Of a DNA stretch of 64,000 nucleotides, positions 13,876 to 27,400 are shown piece by piece. The position numbers and the translations under genes were made by a program. Origin of the DNA: Spironucleus salmonicida. Taxonomy: Eukaryota. Numbering within the stretch: the stretch's first letter is position 1; each line of letters starts with the position of its first letter. The DNA lies in assembly GCF_000497125.1 (NCBI RefSeq), contig NC_090601.1:1302001-1366000 (forward strand), written 5' to 3'. The notes under the pieces were generated by a model. It ran no database searches, was not told the DNA's origin, and was given only the letters and a program-made list of their open reading frames with translations.

Positions 13876-15576
13876 ATGTCAAAATCAAAAAATAAACGTT
13901 AATAAAATTCAGAAATAGATAGAGTATTACGCTAGATTGATGAAGGACTAGATGAATTTGAGTCTATGTGGGGGGAATTTTCTGTGAACTCTAAGCAAGA
14001 ATAGCAATTGAGATCTCAATTATAAAAGTTGTAGAAACTTAGATCATAAGTTAGAGTATGGTTAGATGATCCGACATTAAAAGAATACCATACTAAACTA
14101 TCGAATGCTAGGGTGTTAATTGAAGCAGAGATGAGACGATTTAAAGTTTCCGAAAAATCAATCCGATCTAAAGGTGGAGATGAAGATTACTGCACAGGGC
14201 CTAGAGCTGCTGCTATTGCATGGGCAGATCATTGTTGCACTAAATTATAGGTAGAAATTACAAAGCTCGAGGATGAAGGTGGAAAAAAATAAAAACGTTA
14301 GCGAGAATAATAGGCTGGCACATATAAAGATCATTTAAATATACTTCAATAGATTAGATAAGGTTTAGAAGAATCTATTATTGAAGCAGAAGATGTTGAT
14401 AACTTCAAAGACCTAGTGGACGAGTTTATAGAATCTATTTCTTCTGGATATTAGGATTTAGATTTTGAAATTTATGATGATATTATTTCTATTATTGAAT
14501 AAGGGGGGCATGAATCTGAATCTTCGGAATAAGATATAGTTAACAACTCATAACCGAAAATTTTAATGACAAGCTCTTAAACTGAAACTCTAGTTTAATA
14601 ACCTGCTCCAATCTCAATATTATCTCCAAAACTATTAATTTCTCCCCCAGCAACTATTTCTCCCACAGAATCCTCGAGTATTTAATAAAAACTATACATA
14701 GGGCCACCAAAATAAGTAATAGCTGCTCCTCACTAGTCAACAGAATCAATTTCGCCACCAGAGTATTATAAACCACCTTAAATATAGACAAAGTTATCAA
14801 TTGAGCCTCCACCTTAGAAATTATTATAACCAGAACCATTAAAAATGTAGACTATATCTCAACCTGTACAATTAACTAAAAAATCATTTGCAGTTAATGC
14901 TACTACACAACAAAATTTAACAAATATTATTCCTGGTGAGTACTTAACAGGCGTGGAGATAATGGAAAAATGGACTAATAATGAGTCATGTGGATTAATT
15001 GGTAATCTCTCAACGGAATAGCTATTACTGATTTAGGAAAATTAGCTTTATAGCAGTAGTACAAGAAATCATTACTTATAGTATTAATTAGAGATGAATA
15101 AAAGAAGCTTATAAATTAATATGAGCTAAAAAATGAGAGATTTGGATAATTAAATTTAACCTAGATTATATTAAAATTAAGAAACATAATTATCTAACCC
15201 AGAATTAAATTAAAGACTAGAAAAAGCCAAAAAATTATTATTAAAGGATCCTCTTGGTTCTTAAGCACTTAAAGTACCTTAGGTCATGAAATTATCAACA
15301 CCAGGAGAGTCAGTTACTTAAGAAACTTGCCTTAAATTAGAGACAAAAATATTTGATTAGATACCTGCTGAAGTTGCTTTCTATGCAGCCTCTAGTAAAA
15401 ATAAATCTAGAGATCAATATCTAGCTGGTTTGAGCTTGAAGAATCGTGGATGGCATTTTTCACCAATAGTAGGTCGTTGGGTTAAGAAGGATGCAGGAAA
15501 ACTTTAATTTTACGAGTTTGGTGAAGGAATTAGAGAAGTTGAAGAAGGTTTAGATGGAATGTTTGATATTATGTGA
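13876..15576 (+). CDS. NOT3: CCR4-NOT subunit NOT3/NOT5 (~566 aa)
   Basis: N-term EIDRVLRQIDEGLDEF...QLQKLQKLRSQVRVW...LIEAEMRRFK (Not3 domain); C-term NOT box QYLAGLSLKNRGWHF....RW. Confidence 0.85.
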
Positions 15577-15589
15577 ATTAATATTGCAG

Positions 15590-16744
15590 TCACTCATAAA
15601 GTTTTACGTGAATATTTTCCAAAAACTCGCAATCAAATTCATATTCCAACTAAATCAACTTCTCCACTATAGATTATAGTTAAAAATTAACTATATTGTC
15701 TTCACATATTTCAAACTAATTTATTTGCATAACCTATTCGTAAACCGCCTAGTTATACACAACGTCTAAGTCCATAATCCACTATACAGTATACAGTAAA
15801 TTTCCAAACTCATACGAATCAGTTTGCCAATGTACTTTTTAAATTAATGCCATATAGCTCTCCCGTAAATCAATCTACTATTCACAAAGTTATTAGACTA
15901 ATTTATATACTTTCCAGGCGATCGAACTGTCTATAACCCTTTTTAGCCACAGGTCTAACTGTTATGCTTTAAAATTATTTATTTAATTCTTACCTACAAG
16001 AGTTTAAAGTAACACTATCAGAGCAGCTTGGAATCGCTTGTTTAATATTTCTTCAGGAACAAAAAACTACATGCAAATCTGGCTTACCATTGAAACATGG
16101 CTATCACCCAAATATCTTATGAATTCTGAAAGGTAAATGACGGTGTTACGCTTGAATGTTAACGAAGATCTTGCAGATAGCTCCGTTTCCAGCTTCATAC
16201 AGAAGCCGTCAACATCATATGAAAAATCCTTTGAAAACAGAAACCTAGCAATAGCAAAATGCTCCTCGTAGACACATGGTATGAACAAAATATCCTAGAT
16301 TTTTTGCTCAGTCAACAGAGCACATCTGAAATCAAATGGCGAATCCCAACCTATATTTTTGATTATTTTCAGAAGCTTTCGCTGAATCACTGTAGAAGAT
16401 GATAAATAGCATATTTTAATAGCTTTTACCAAATTAGAAAGTTCTTATGGCATGATTTCATAAAAATTCTTAGCAAACGAAAAACGTAGAAGAGCCCAGG
16501 TTGTTTCTTCCAAATGGAGATTTGCAAGTATATGTGGATAAAGAAGCAAAAACTATGAATCTGAGACGTTTTCAGCGTTTAGCCTGATGTTGTCCCAGTC
16601 AAATTGATCCAGATACTGTCTTACTTGATCTACGCTTGCCTGATTATATTTAGGTAATTTAAGTTGATTAATTTGTTGTGTAGATGATTCTTCTTCAATT
16701 TCCAGGACCTATTTTTACTTATTCAGATACATCTGTCTAGACAT
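15590..16744 (-). CDS. Hypothetical protein (~384 aa)
   Basis: ATG 16744 in frame with track ORF 16067-16288; ends GAG TGA. Confidence 0.65.
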
Positions 16745-16794
16745 TTACTTGTAATTAAACATATTATTATATGTTAAATAATATTACTAGTTTA

Positions 16795-17694
16795 ATGGAA
16801 TTCAAAATTAATTTTAATCTCGAAAAAAATTTACTGAACGTGATCCATAATTAATAGTAATATAATATATTATTTGTATAAGAATAGTAATTGTTACATA
16901 CGTTTTAATAATAATAAGTTCAGCTAAGTGAATAAAAATTACAACTCTTATCCTCAATAATGATAAGGAACGAACGGGTTAGATAGCTTCAAAAGCTCAA
17001 TTAATAAGGCTCTAATTAACATTATGATACAATAGTATATTTAAATAGTCTTAAATATATGAATAGTGATCTTAAGAGCTTTAAAAACAAACTTATGACA
17101 ACTTAAAATAAAGATAAATTTTTAAATTTATTAAAACATTATAATTCTCAATATAAGGCAAATATTACGTTTTCCGATCATGGTTAAGAAATTATTATGG
17201 AAGAAGGCGATAACATAGAACCGATGTTGTAAACAGAAATTTTTCCTCCTGATCACCCGATCATTTACTATAAATAATAAATTTCCAATTTAAATAAATA
17301 AATTCTCATTCTATAGTCGCCTAAAAATGAAATTCTGTCTATATTCGCGTCTAAACTTGAGAATCTATAATAGGAACTGAAATTAAAAAACTAGAATATT
17401 AATGAATTAAAAAATACTATTTAGGCCATAAGTGCTAAGAAAAAATTAAATATTGATTAAATAATAATGGATAATGAATAATATAAAACAGAATTATTAG
17501 CTTAAACGCAACTAATAAATTCACTAACTGAAAAAATTGACGGTTGTGACTTTTAAATGAAAGAAGCCTAATAAATTTAAGAAACTTTATTGCAAAAGGA
17601 AATAGTATAAAATTCAAGTATTCTTGAAAAACTTCTAAAGAAGTAAAATGCTGATCTATCTAAGTAAACTTCAGAGGAAAAATTAAACTAGTGA
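16795..17694 (+). CDS. Hypothetical coiled-coil protein (~299 aa)
   Basis: Open frame with TAR=Gln; Q/K/E-rich; ends TAG TGA. Confidence 0.55.
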
Positions 17695-17753
17695 GATATA
17701 ATTCTAATTTGTGTAGATAAATATAACTTATTAATATATTATAGTATTTTTGA

Positions 17754-18218
17754 ATGAAGTTTAGAAACATGGTATAAGATTCTTATAAAAGAGCTCAGTT
17801 AAATAGTAGGAAAATATTATTCTAAGATTCATAAAAAGAATAGATAAAGAAGTCAGTAGTCAATCAATAATCATCTGAAATTATGAATTAAAATAATTCA
17901 TCTTAGGATTTGAAATATGAATCCTTGCTATATTCTTTCTAAAGATCTGATGAAATAGTAGATACTTATAAACCTGGTTTGATATTATCATAGATTATTT
18001 AACAGAGAGATGAAATATATAAAAATGAATAAATTAAAGATAGCTAGTTTACATAGCAAATAAAATATGAACATGTAAAAGAGATGTAATCGATGCGAAA
18101 ATCGAGAGTAATATATTCACGTCCATAATCGAGTTCTACTATTATATAAAAGCATCACGTCGCTCTTAACTTTAATGATATCGAACTAGAAGATATTTTG
18201 TTTATTGAAGAAAAGTGA
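17754..18218 (+). CDS. Hypothetical protein (~154 aa)
   Basis: ATG after an AT-rich spacer; open frame; ends AAG TGA. Confidence 0.55.
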
Positions 18219-18256
18219 GTATTATACTATATTATTATATATCTATATTTTATCTA

Positions 18257-18655
18257 ATGGAAGAAAAAGCCTTAACTGTATTTAAAAAGCATTGCAACGA
18301 ATATCTTATTACAGAAACTACAAAATTGCCATTATTACTGTAAGAACTGGGAATTTCTCCTAAGCTCGCTCACTATTTTACTGCTCATATCAAAACTGAA
18401 TTAATGACGATTTCATAATTCATTACAATAATCAAAAAAATGGAATCCCTTCAAGATTAGATTGAGAAATTTCTCGACAAATTCGGCACTGACAAAACAA
18501 TAACTTTGCAAGATTTAGTCTCTATTTTGGAGAAAAAGGGCGAAAAATTTTCTCTTTCGGAAGTGCAAAAATTTTTCAATGAGAGCGATATGGACAAGGA
18601 TGGCGTTGTGGGCTTGCAAGACCTTTTGAAAATTATCCAGCCGAGTGAAAAATGA
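18257..18655 (+). CDS. EF-hand (calmodulin/centrin-like) protein (~132 aa)
   Basis: LLQELGISP and GEKFSLSEV...DMDKDGVVGLQDL (EF-hand loop). Confidence 0.75.
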
Positions 18656-18660
18656 GCAAA

Positions 18661-19029
18661 TCACTGTGCCCTGAAGTCCTCTTCCTTCTTAAACTGTCCT
18701 ACTCTGACCCTGGACGCTGCAACCGGAACTGAGCCAACTGTTTCCTCGTAAAATCTTCTGTCCTTTGGTGTGATATAATCCCACTTTTCCTCCTCAAATT
18801 GCAGGCCGTCTTTGAAGAAAACTTGGTATTCCATCAGTTCCCCATTGTGCCATTTCCCGACAATTTTGCCTTCCGGAAACTCAAGTTGGCCGTCACCGTG
18901 AAATTTTCCTGACTAAAATGACCCAATATATGTAGTTCCGTCTCCAATTTTCATTACTCCCTCGCCATCTGGTTCATTAGTAGCAATTCCGCCAGAATAG
19001 TCAATTTAGTTCAAGTTTAAATATTCCAT
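18661..19029 (-). CDS. MORN5: MORN-repeat protein, MORN5-like (~122 aa)
   Basis: YIGSFQSGKFHGDG MORN repeat followed by FKDGLQFEEEKWDYITPKDRRFYEE, a MORN5-type motif; ends CAG TGA. Confidence 0.8.
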
Positions 19030-19273
19030 GGCGGAAAGAATTTTATATATCTATTAAGATATAATAATGAATAATTGTTATAAAATTATAAAGGCAATAG
19101 AAAGATTTTTTTAGGCATTGAGAAGAATAGATGCAAATCGATAAGTTGACTAAAAAATTTAACTTTTGATGTTTAGATAGTGAATGCTAGAAATATCGAG
19201 ACTAATTATGAAAAAAGTATCTTATTTTAGCAACGGTAATTGCAAATTGAATATTTTAAAAAATTAATTCATC

Positions 19274-20833
19274 TCAAAATTGCATCCCGCTGAACAATTT
19301 AATAAACTTACCTTCTGACTAAGTAGATGTTTATTAAAACTAATCTAGTTCGATAATTTCGGTATCTCCCATCAAATTTTCATTAAAAGTACTTGTCTTA
19401 TGAACATCGCGTTCTGTAAATCCTTTAGTACCTCGTTCAAACCGGAAAACACCCATAAAGAAAGTTATACTTACTACACCTATTCCCAAAAATGCAGAAA
19501 ACATGTAAACCCAAAAAACTGATTTGGCGCTTAATGTGCCTTTTCCTGAATTGTCTCCATAAAAAAGATTGTTTACTAATACCGCTATTGATACACCTAT
19601 AGAATGTCCAGTATTGGTTACAATTTAATTAAAGACACCAATTTAATTAGCATATTTTGGTGGAGATGCTGAAAAATTATAATTGGTTAGACAAATTGTT
19701 GTAGCAACAAACAATCCCATACCAATAAAATTTAGTATTCCGTATAGTGGTATATTTAAAAAATATCTAACATGAAGCCCATTAAATAGTAATACAACTA
19801 TATATACTGAATAAATTATTAAAATAGATCGCTTGGTAATAAGTTTTTTGAACATCAAATTACCAATAGGAGAAAAGACAAATGAGCCACATCCAGCTAC
19901 AGCTATAACAATACCTGATATTGCTGGAGTCAAATTTACTAACCGCATTTACACATATGGCATATAAAATTTCTCACAGAAAGATATAGTATTGTTAAGT
20001 AGAATTAAAAGTTCCACCAAAATTGTTGATTTATTGAATACCTCTAGTGCAAAAATAGGATTTTTAGACCATTTTTTATTGTAAACAAAGAAAAATATAA
20101 TAATTCCAATTGATAATACCAATAATATTGAGCTAGCATAATAAGGAATAAATTGATCAGATAAACCCGTTAAAGACAATATTAATAATGATAATCCAAT
20201 GGAAAGCTAAATTACTCCAATAAAATCTATTTTTGCGTGTCGAGTTGGTACTTTATAAGGCAGAGTACTTACTTAAGCAATAACATAAATAATCGCGACA
20301 CATCCAGTTATAACGAACATATAACGCCAACTGGATGCTTATGCTACCACTCCAGCTACAGATGCTGAAAAAATCATACCGACTGGTACCATGATACTGA
20401 TTATAGCAATTGCAGTTGGGAGTTTATTAGGCTAAATAAGTATATATGCTAAAGGTGTTGAAGATGGCAATACTAAACCTAGTCCAATAGAAGCTCCCAA
20501 TCTTAAACTTAGTACACCGGCAAAAGATGTTTCCAGCTATGGAATTAAGAACATGATATTACAAATTGCAAACAAAATAGTACCTATAGTAAAGACAATT
20601 GGTGTTCCAAATTTATCCGCAAGTTTTCCAGTCATCGTAGCTGTAATAACTACCGTTAGTAATTCAATATTAATAATCCATGAGGCTATTGCAGTGGTAA
20701 TTCCCAAAGAGGCAGCGATTAGGGGCAAATTATTATTAACATGTGCAGATGATAATGCATATAGAAATTAAGCGGGGGCAGTAATCATTGCAGTCTTCCA
20801 TCCGACAGTTTTCCGTAATTCATATCTTCCCAT
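19274..20833 (-). CDS. Major facilitator superfamily transporter, DHA2-like (~519 aa)
   Basis: Joins track ORFs 20537-20728, 19949-20179 and 19643-19948; MFS motif A TGKLADKFG, SSWRYMF, KIDFIG. Confidence 0.85.
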
Positions 20834-20941
20834 TTGATTTATTACAGATATACTTAAGTTTAATATATAATTAATTAAATAGTCTCTAATAGAGTTTTAA
20901 GAAAATACGATTATTATATAAAATAGTTAGAATATTATTAA

Positions 20942-22378
20942 ATGATTATAAAACCACTCGGACCTAAGTTAATTTTTGATACAGAATTTTATGATTAGGA
21001 GGTTTATAACTCCTTATAAATTACCCAAAGTAGAGATTAAAATAATTATTTAACACCAAAATAGATTTCTACATTAAAGTTGCTTGAAGTTTTTCTAAAT
21101 CCCAACGAGATTAAATATATGAGGAAATAAAATATGGATTTTTGTAATGTAACAAAGCATGCTATTGCAAATTCATTGTCATCTGGTGTTGTATTTTGCA
21201 TAATTATAAGCAAGTTTTTATAAGATTTATAATTTATATTAAACCCAAAAACTGAGAAAGAACGAAAAATTAATTTTAACTGCGTTTCATCATTTTTGGA
21301 ATCATAGAATATATCCACATCAGAAGTATCCATTGAAAATTTTGATGTAATTATGGATTTAGCACAGTAATTGCTTTAAAAAGTTCAAAAAATCTAGGTT
21401 TAAACGGCGATAACTAGTCAAGTTTAAACTAAAGTGAATTAAACATTAATATGTAAAAACTAGTAGAAAGTTGATAAATTTACTCCAAACTGGGTGATTA
21501 AAAAGATAAATGATACGAACATTGAAAATAAATTAGAATTTATAAATTAAAATAATGATATTTTCCAAAAGGTAGAGTTTTTTAATACTAGGTATAATAG
21601 TTCAATGAATTTCTTAGAGAATACTGCTCAAAACGGGACTATATATGTGAAAATCTTATAATCATCTGGCTATAATATAAGTATTGAAAAACCATAAACT
21701 ATAGCTAATTGTAAAAATAATATTCAAGGAGTTTTAAATCTTTTAATTAAACTAGGAATTAAAAAAGTTCCAAACCTGGAATAAATACTGAAACATGATT
21801 TGTTTTCAGTTATTTTACTGTTATATATAGTAATAGGTATTTCAACAAATTTCGGCTTGATTTAGCCACCTTCTTACAAAAAGATTATTGACTTCATTAA
21901 ATGCCTAGAAATAGAAATCAATAATATAGACTAAATCATTCCTTTAATGTAAAATGGTGTAATTATAAGACAGTTCTTAAAACGGATGTTTATATTTCAA
22001 AATATAGATATACATTTACCTAAAAGCGATAGAATGCTTAGAACAAAAAGTTAATGTTTAAACTATCTTTAAAAATTAAAAGCAATAGCAGCAGATGGAA
22101 ATATTATTATACTATAAAATGTTGCTGATATTTGTGATAATAATTTAATTATTATTAAAAAAGAATTGGAACACTATATAGAAATTTATACATTAAATAA
22201 TGGTATAATTCTTGATTTTTAATCTATCAGTCCAAACTTTATAAAATATGGAGGAATATAACCCATATATTTGATAGATAACCTATATCTTAATTAATAA
22301 TTTCTTAATCTAGAAATATTATATCCTAATATATAATTATAAAAAATCACTTAAAATGACTAATAATTGTAATAGTGA
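20942..22378 (+). CDS. Protein with putative tandem calponin-homology-like domains (~478 aa)
   Basis: Open frame ATG 20942 to TAG TGA; three segments resemble CH helices: SLSSGVVFCIII..NPK...RKINF...SFL, QNGTIYVKIL..KP....NNIQGVL..L..LGI, QNGVII...ADICDNN. Confidence 0.55.
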
Positions 22379-24455
22379 TTAGAATATTGATCAACCACTT
22401 GTTATCTCGGAATTAGAATAATCTCTTACGAATTATTCAGAAATTTCTTAAAAATTAAGAATAGGCTAAAGGTTAAGCTACTCATCATTAACGCTAGACA
22501 TATTAATTTTTATGTTTTTGGTCTCTAGTATAGTTGTAATAAATATTAATAACTTATTATCCTAAAAACAGTAGGTAGAATATTCTTAAACTAAAATTAT
22601 TCAATTCATCATTTTGATTGTCTTTAATCATGCTCATGGAGATTTTTTGTTTGTATACAGCTTTCTAGTCATATCGATATTTCCATCTATCCTGTAATTT
22701 AAAGATTAAACCATTGCTAATAACGTAATTGATATTATTTTTGCAGTATTAGTTTTCATATCTTTCCATTTGAAATATTACTCTAGAAAATATATTTTCA
22801 CAGAATTTGTTTAAATAGGATAAATACTATTTAGTATAACAATTAATTTCTTACTTACCGCTGGGATGATTATCTTATAGTCAATAATATAGGAATTAGA
22901 TGTCAACAATAATCAAGAAATTAAATATTTTACTATTTATGCTGGTTAGGAAATTCTTATTTTCATCCTAACGTGTGCATGTTTAGTATATCAGCACTAT
23001 TTTAATGAAATGTCTGTTAGCTTCAAAGCTGTAATAGTTATTCTTCTGTTATGTTTAATTTTTGGGCTGGTCATTGCAGGTATTTTAAATTTGGTTCTAA
23101 TAATTTATATATCTGGTTATAATTATGTCAAAAATCTAGATCCTGTTATTATTAGTACATGGACAGAATTCACATTCCCTTCATTCTCACCTGCATCGAG
23201 TAAATCATTAGCAGCATTAATCTCTACATTTATGTAGTTTTTCATGTTAGATTATATAAATTTTAATTTTTCAAGAGAATTTACATTCTAAAATATTAAA
23301 TTTTTCAAGACTTAAAAACTTATATTTTAAATTTTTTTTGCTGAAAAATATGAGATTATAATATCAAGTATTTTTATCCTAATAAGCTTTGCAACTGTTA
23401 GTGTAGCAGATTTTATTAACTTGTTTTTCTTATTCATTTCTGGTGCTTTATTTCACGACTCTGTGTTAAAAACAATCCTAAATTACTTATCATTTGCATT
23501 TGTTATACTTATCATTTTTCTTTATCTTTTTATTTGCTACAAATAGAAATTATAAAATGGTAAGTCTGTTAAATACGGCATCCTCTAATTTCTAGTAGGG
23601 ATATTTGCTATTCCAGGTGCATTCTCTATTGCATTAGTCAAAGTAATTTTCACTAACATTTTACCATGCTAACTGTAAAATACAGGTCAAGTAATTATCA
23701 CTCAGCTAATAACTCCTGTTACCGCGGCCCTCTCATTTATTGTTTCTTTTCCATACTTCTACTAATTGTATAACTAATACACTAATCTCGAATAGACATC
23801 ACAAAACTAGCGTAAAAACTTATTAATCGCTAGTAAGATAGTTTCTAGTGCAAATAATAGTCATTTTGATAATAAGTTACCATTTTCGACAGCTCAATTG
23901 AAGTAACTTTAAAAAGCTAAAGTTTATATAAGAGCAACAGATACGTAGCTACAAATAGCGTTTGCTGGTGCCAGAACATTCTAAATTTTTTCACTGAGTA
24001 AAATGATTATTTCTGGCTTTGATTGGATACGTTATAGTTTCTCACGTAATAGAATTTATACATTCAGTTAGTAACAAACTTTCATACCTAAGTATGCTGT
24101 AGATAGAGCAAAATTAGTTTAATAGATAGTATGTGAAACAAACTTCGGCGGATTGGAAATAGTAATTGCTGGTCATCATTTTGGGGCTATTTCGGCGTTA
24201 TACTTGGCTGAAAAACTAGGCGTTAGAGAAGTGTACACTTTTAACGCACCTATGCTAGTTAAATAGTCATTTTATGAACATGTAGGAGCTATGGGAATTG
24301 ATAGTAGCTAGAAATTAAAAATAAGTAGCATTTTAAATCAGTAAGGAAAGTGGGGTAATTGCTTCTATGTTAATGGTGGAGAGTGGCCTACTAGGGTATT
24401 TAGTGGTGCAGGTGTGTGCAGTGACATAATATGGGAAATTAAAAAGCTATAATGA
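22356..24455 (+). CDS. Multi-pass membrane protein with C-terminal class-3 lipase-like domain (~699 aa)
   Basis: ATG 22356 in frame with track ORF 23010-23237; many TM helices, then QIAFAG, IVIAGHHFGAISA and VYTFNAP. Confidence 0.65.
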
Positions 24456-24466
24456 TAAATTTTCTC

Positions 24467-27400
24467 TCACTTCTTCTTAATTGGCGCAATCATAGTTCTT
24501 CTGAGCATACCTGCAGTACGGCAAATAGCAATAATGGCTCTAAGACCCCAATCATAATGGTCTTATTTTGACAGCAATTCCTTATTTAAATTGTATAGAG
24601 TGATAAACTTTTTAGCTAGCTCTCTAGCAGCCATGAAACCGTTAGAAATAAGCATAATTTCTGTAATTTAGCAGAAATCAGGTACCACCATAGCAACACC
24701 TCTAAATAGTGCTTTCAAGTTATCCGGTAATTCGGCACGACCGGCATAACCAGGATTCATAGTAATGAAATAACCAACTTATTTGTTTAACTTAGCCTTT
24801 GGCATACCAGGACGCTCTTCTTCATCTCCTAGTGTAAAATATTGTTTATCTGCGCGAATAGCATCTAAGACAGTTTTAACCTGCATAGCGACGACAGACA
24901 AAACCTCTACTTCAATTCTATTGAATTCATCGAAGCAACCCCATGAACCAGAAAGTGAAAGACCGTAAAATATATTACCAAGTGATCTATAGTCCATTTC
25001 TGGTGAGCAATTGAAAACATAAACCATACGACCTAAGGCTCTACCCAAATCTTTAGTTGTCTCAGTTTTACCTGTACCAGCAGGCCCAGCAGGAGCACCA
25101 CCAAGTATCAAATGTAGTGATTGTGTAAGAGTAATATAACATCTATCTGTAAGAGCTGTAACGACTAATCTGGCAGTGCAACCTAAATACTCGTAAGTAT
25201 ATAGGAATTCTGCGTCACAAATATTAACATAACAATCTTATTATTATTCATCCCAACGGAATTTCAACTAAGATTACCAAGCAAAAGCAGAAATTACCTC
25301 AACCTTGTCTCTGATTAATGCGGCAACTATATCCTTTGAATGCACTTCAATTGTACAAATAGTAGCAATTTTGGTACGCATATTTTTATCTAAATCACCC
25401 TAAGTCATAGTAATGAAATTAAGCAAGGCGTCGTTTTGCTTCTTATTGTACTCTTTAAGAGCCTGTTCATTGCCTTCTTCCAGACGCTCGAAAGCAGCTC
25501 CAGTATCAGATGTCCAAAAGTTTTGCAATGCAACCAAACAAATTTATGCTGGATAAACATCTAACCATTTTTCTCTATCCATATCTTAGAATTACTATAA
25601 AGAAGATAGAAGACTACTACGCAAAGTATCCATCATATATACAACTAATTTGTTGAGCCACGATTCTACGGGACCATCACATAGGCAATTAGCATGCAAT
25701 TAAACAATTTCATTTTCTCCTGAAACCATTGCAGTCGCTTCTTTACAAAGAGCATCATCAGTAGTCCATTTTAAGGCGTGCATATTATCAAATATTTTTG
25801 AAAGATGGCGTTCGACCTATTTAGGCTGTTAACCTTTAGACAGAATATCTAACAAGTCTACAGAAGAAACAAAATAGAATCTTGGGAATAAACGACGTTT
25901 AGTATCAAGATAGTCGGCAAGAGCCTTTTCGCATTTTTATAATTTTTCTTACATTTACTCAAGATTTTCTTACAGGCCAGCCTATTATGCTGATTCAATA
26001 CAATTTGAGATCCAAACAGCAGAATTCATTGCAACAATCCAAGATTCATTCATTTGTTCAAAGCGTTTAGAATCTTCAGGTAGCTACTCTCTGATATCCT
26101 ACGATCCAATGAATATAGGATAAAGATAGCTCCAAGTACGTTAGACTTCAGACCAAACCTAAATAACAGAATCGACTTGAGCTAATTTCTTTTGCCAGTC
26201 CATTACTTCGTCGTAGAAAAATTTAACATATTTATTAGAGACCATGTTCTAGACAGCAAGCTAATCTTATTCTAACTGGTCAGCTACTTCTTCAGGAACT
26301 TAAATATTATATAGAAGTTCTTTACCAGATTTTATTTATTCTGCGTCCTCTTCTAACATGGGCTAGGTCAAAATAATCAAATTAACATCTCCATGGTGGA
26401 TAAAATTGAAGTTGAGGTCTTTCCAAACTTAGTTTAATGCAGTAAGTTATTTTTCCATTGAAAGTTCTTTTTCTGCTTTAGATACGATTTCTTCAACAGC
26501 GTCTGAGTGTTCGTGCAGATTAAGCTTGATTAAATCAGATAATTAAAACTTGTCATCAATAGTAAATGAAACTTTAGTAAGTTCTTTTAATTATTCCCAA
26601 TGACGGCCACGCATAGCATGAGAGCGTAATTTCTGGATAAGTGGCAATGTTTTCAAGAAATTCTTAACTAAGTTATCTAATTTGACATAAGCATCGTTAC
26701 CACGAGACATACGGTCAACAGATCTGATTTCCTTTACAAACTTCTTCATATTCTCTTCCATATATTCTACATCAACATCCTTGAATAAAGTATTATTCCA
26801 TGAACCTAATTGAGACTCAACCATATCAGTAATATCCCAAATTAGCTTGAGAGAAACTAACTCTTTCTAAAGATTTGCAATAAGATTAATCTCTTCCATC
26901 TCTTTATCATTGGCAAATGAAGAATCAAATAGTTTTTGTTTTTCAGTTAAGAAAAGAGCTTGATCACGCAACTCTCCTAATTCGACTAAGCAAGTATCAA
27001 GCATTTCATAGGCTCTATCTATACCAACATCTCTAAGGAAAGGACCTTTCGATTTAAAGTGCTCTTTGAAATCCCAAACTTTGTTCTAGAAAACTTTAAC
27101 AGACTCAAATGTTTTTTATGTTTCCTCTTAAACTAATGGAGCTAGTTCTTCTCTCTTATTATAAGATATTTATTTAACTTTTTCCCATTCCTTTGGTAAG
27201 GATTCAACTAAAGAGGATACTTCAGGTGCAAATTAAATATTGTGTCTTTATAACATCTGCATCAATTCTTTAATAGGTTCAAACATCGTATCATACATAA
27301 GCGTGTTATCTTTTATATCTTTTTAAATGATTAAAGCATCTTCTAAAGATTATCCGGCTACGATTTCAGATTATAATTTAGCTTTAGCATTATTGCAGAA

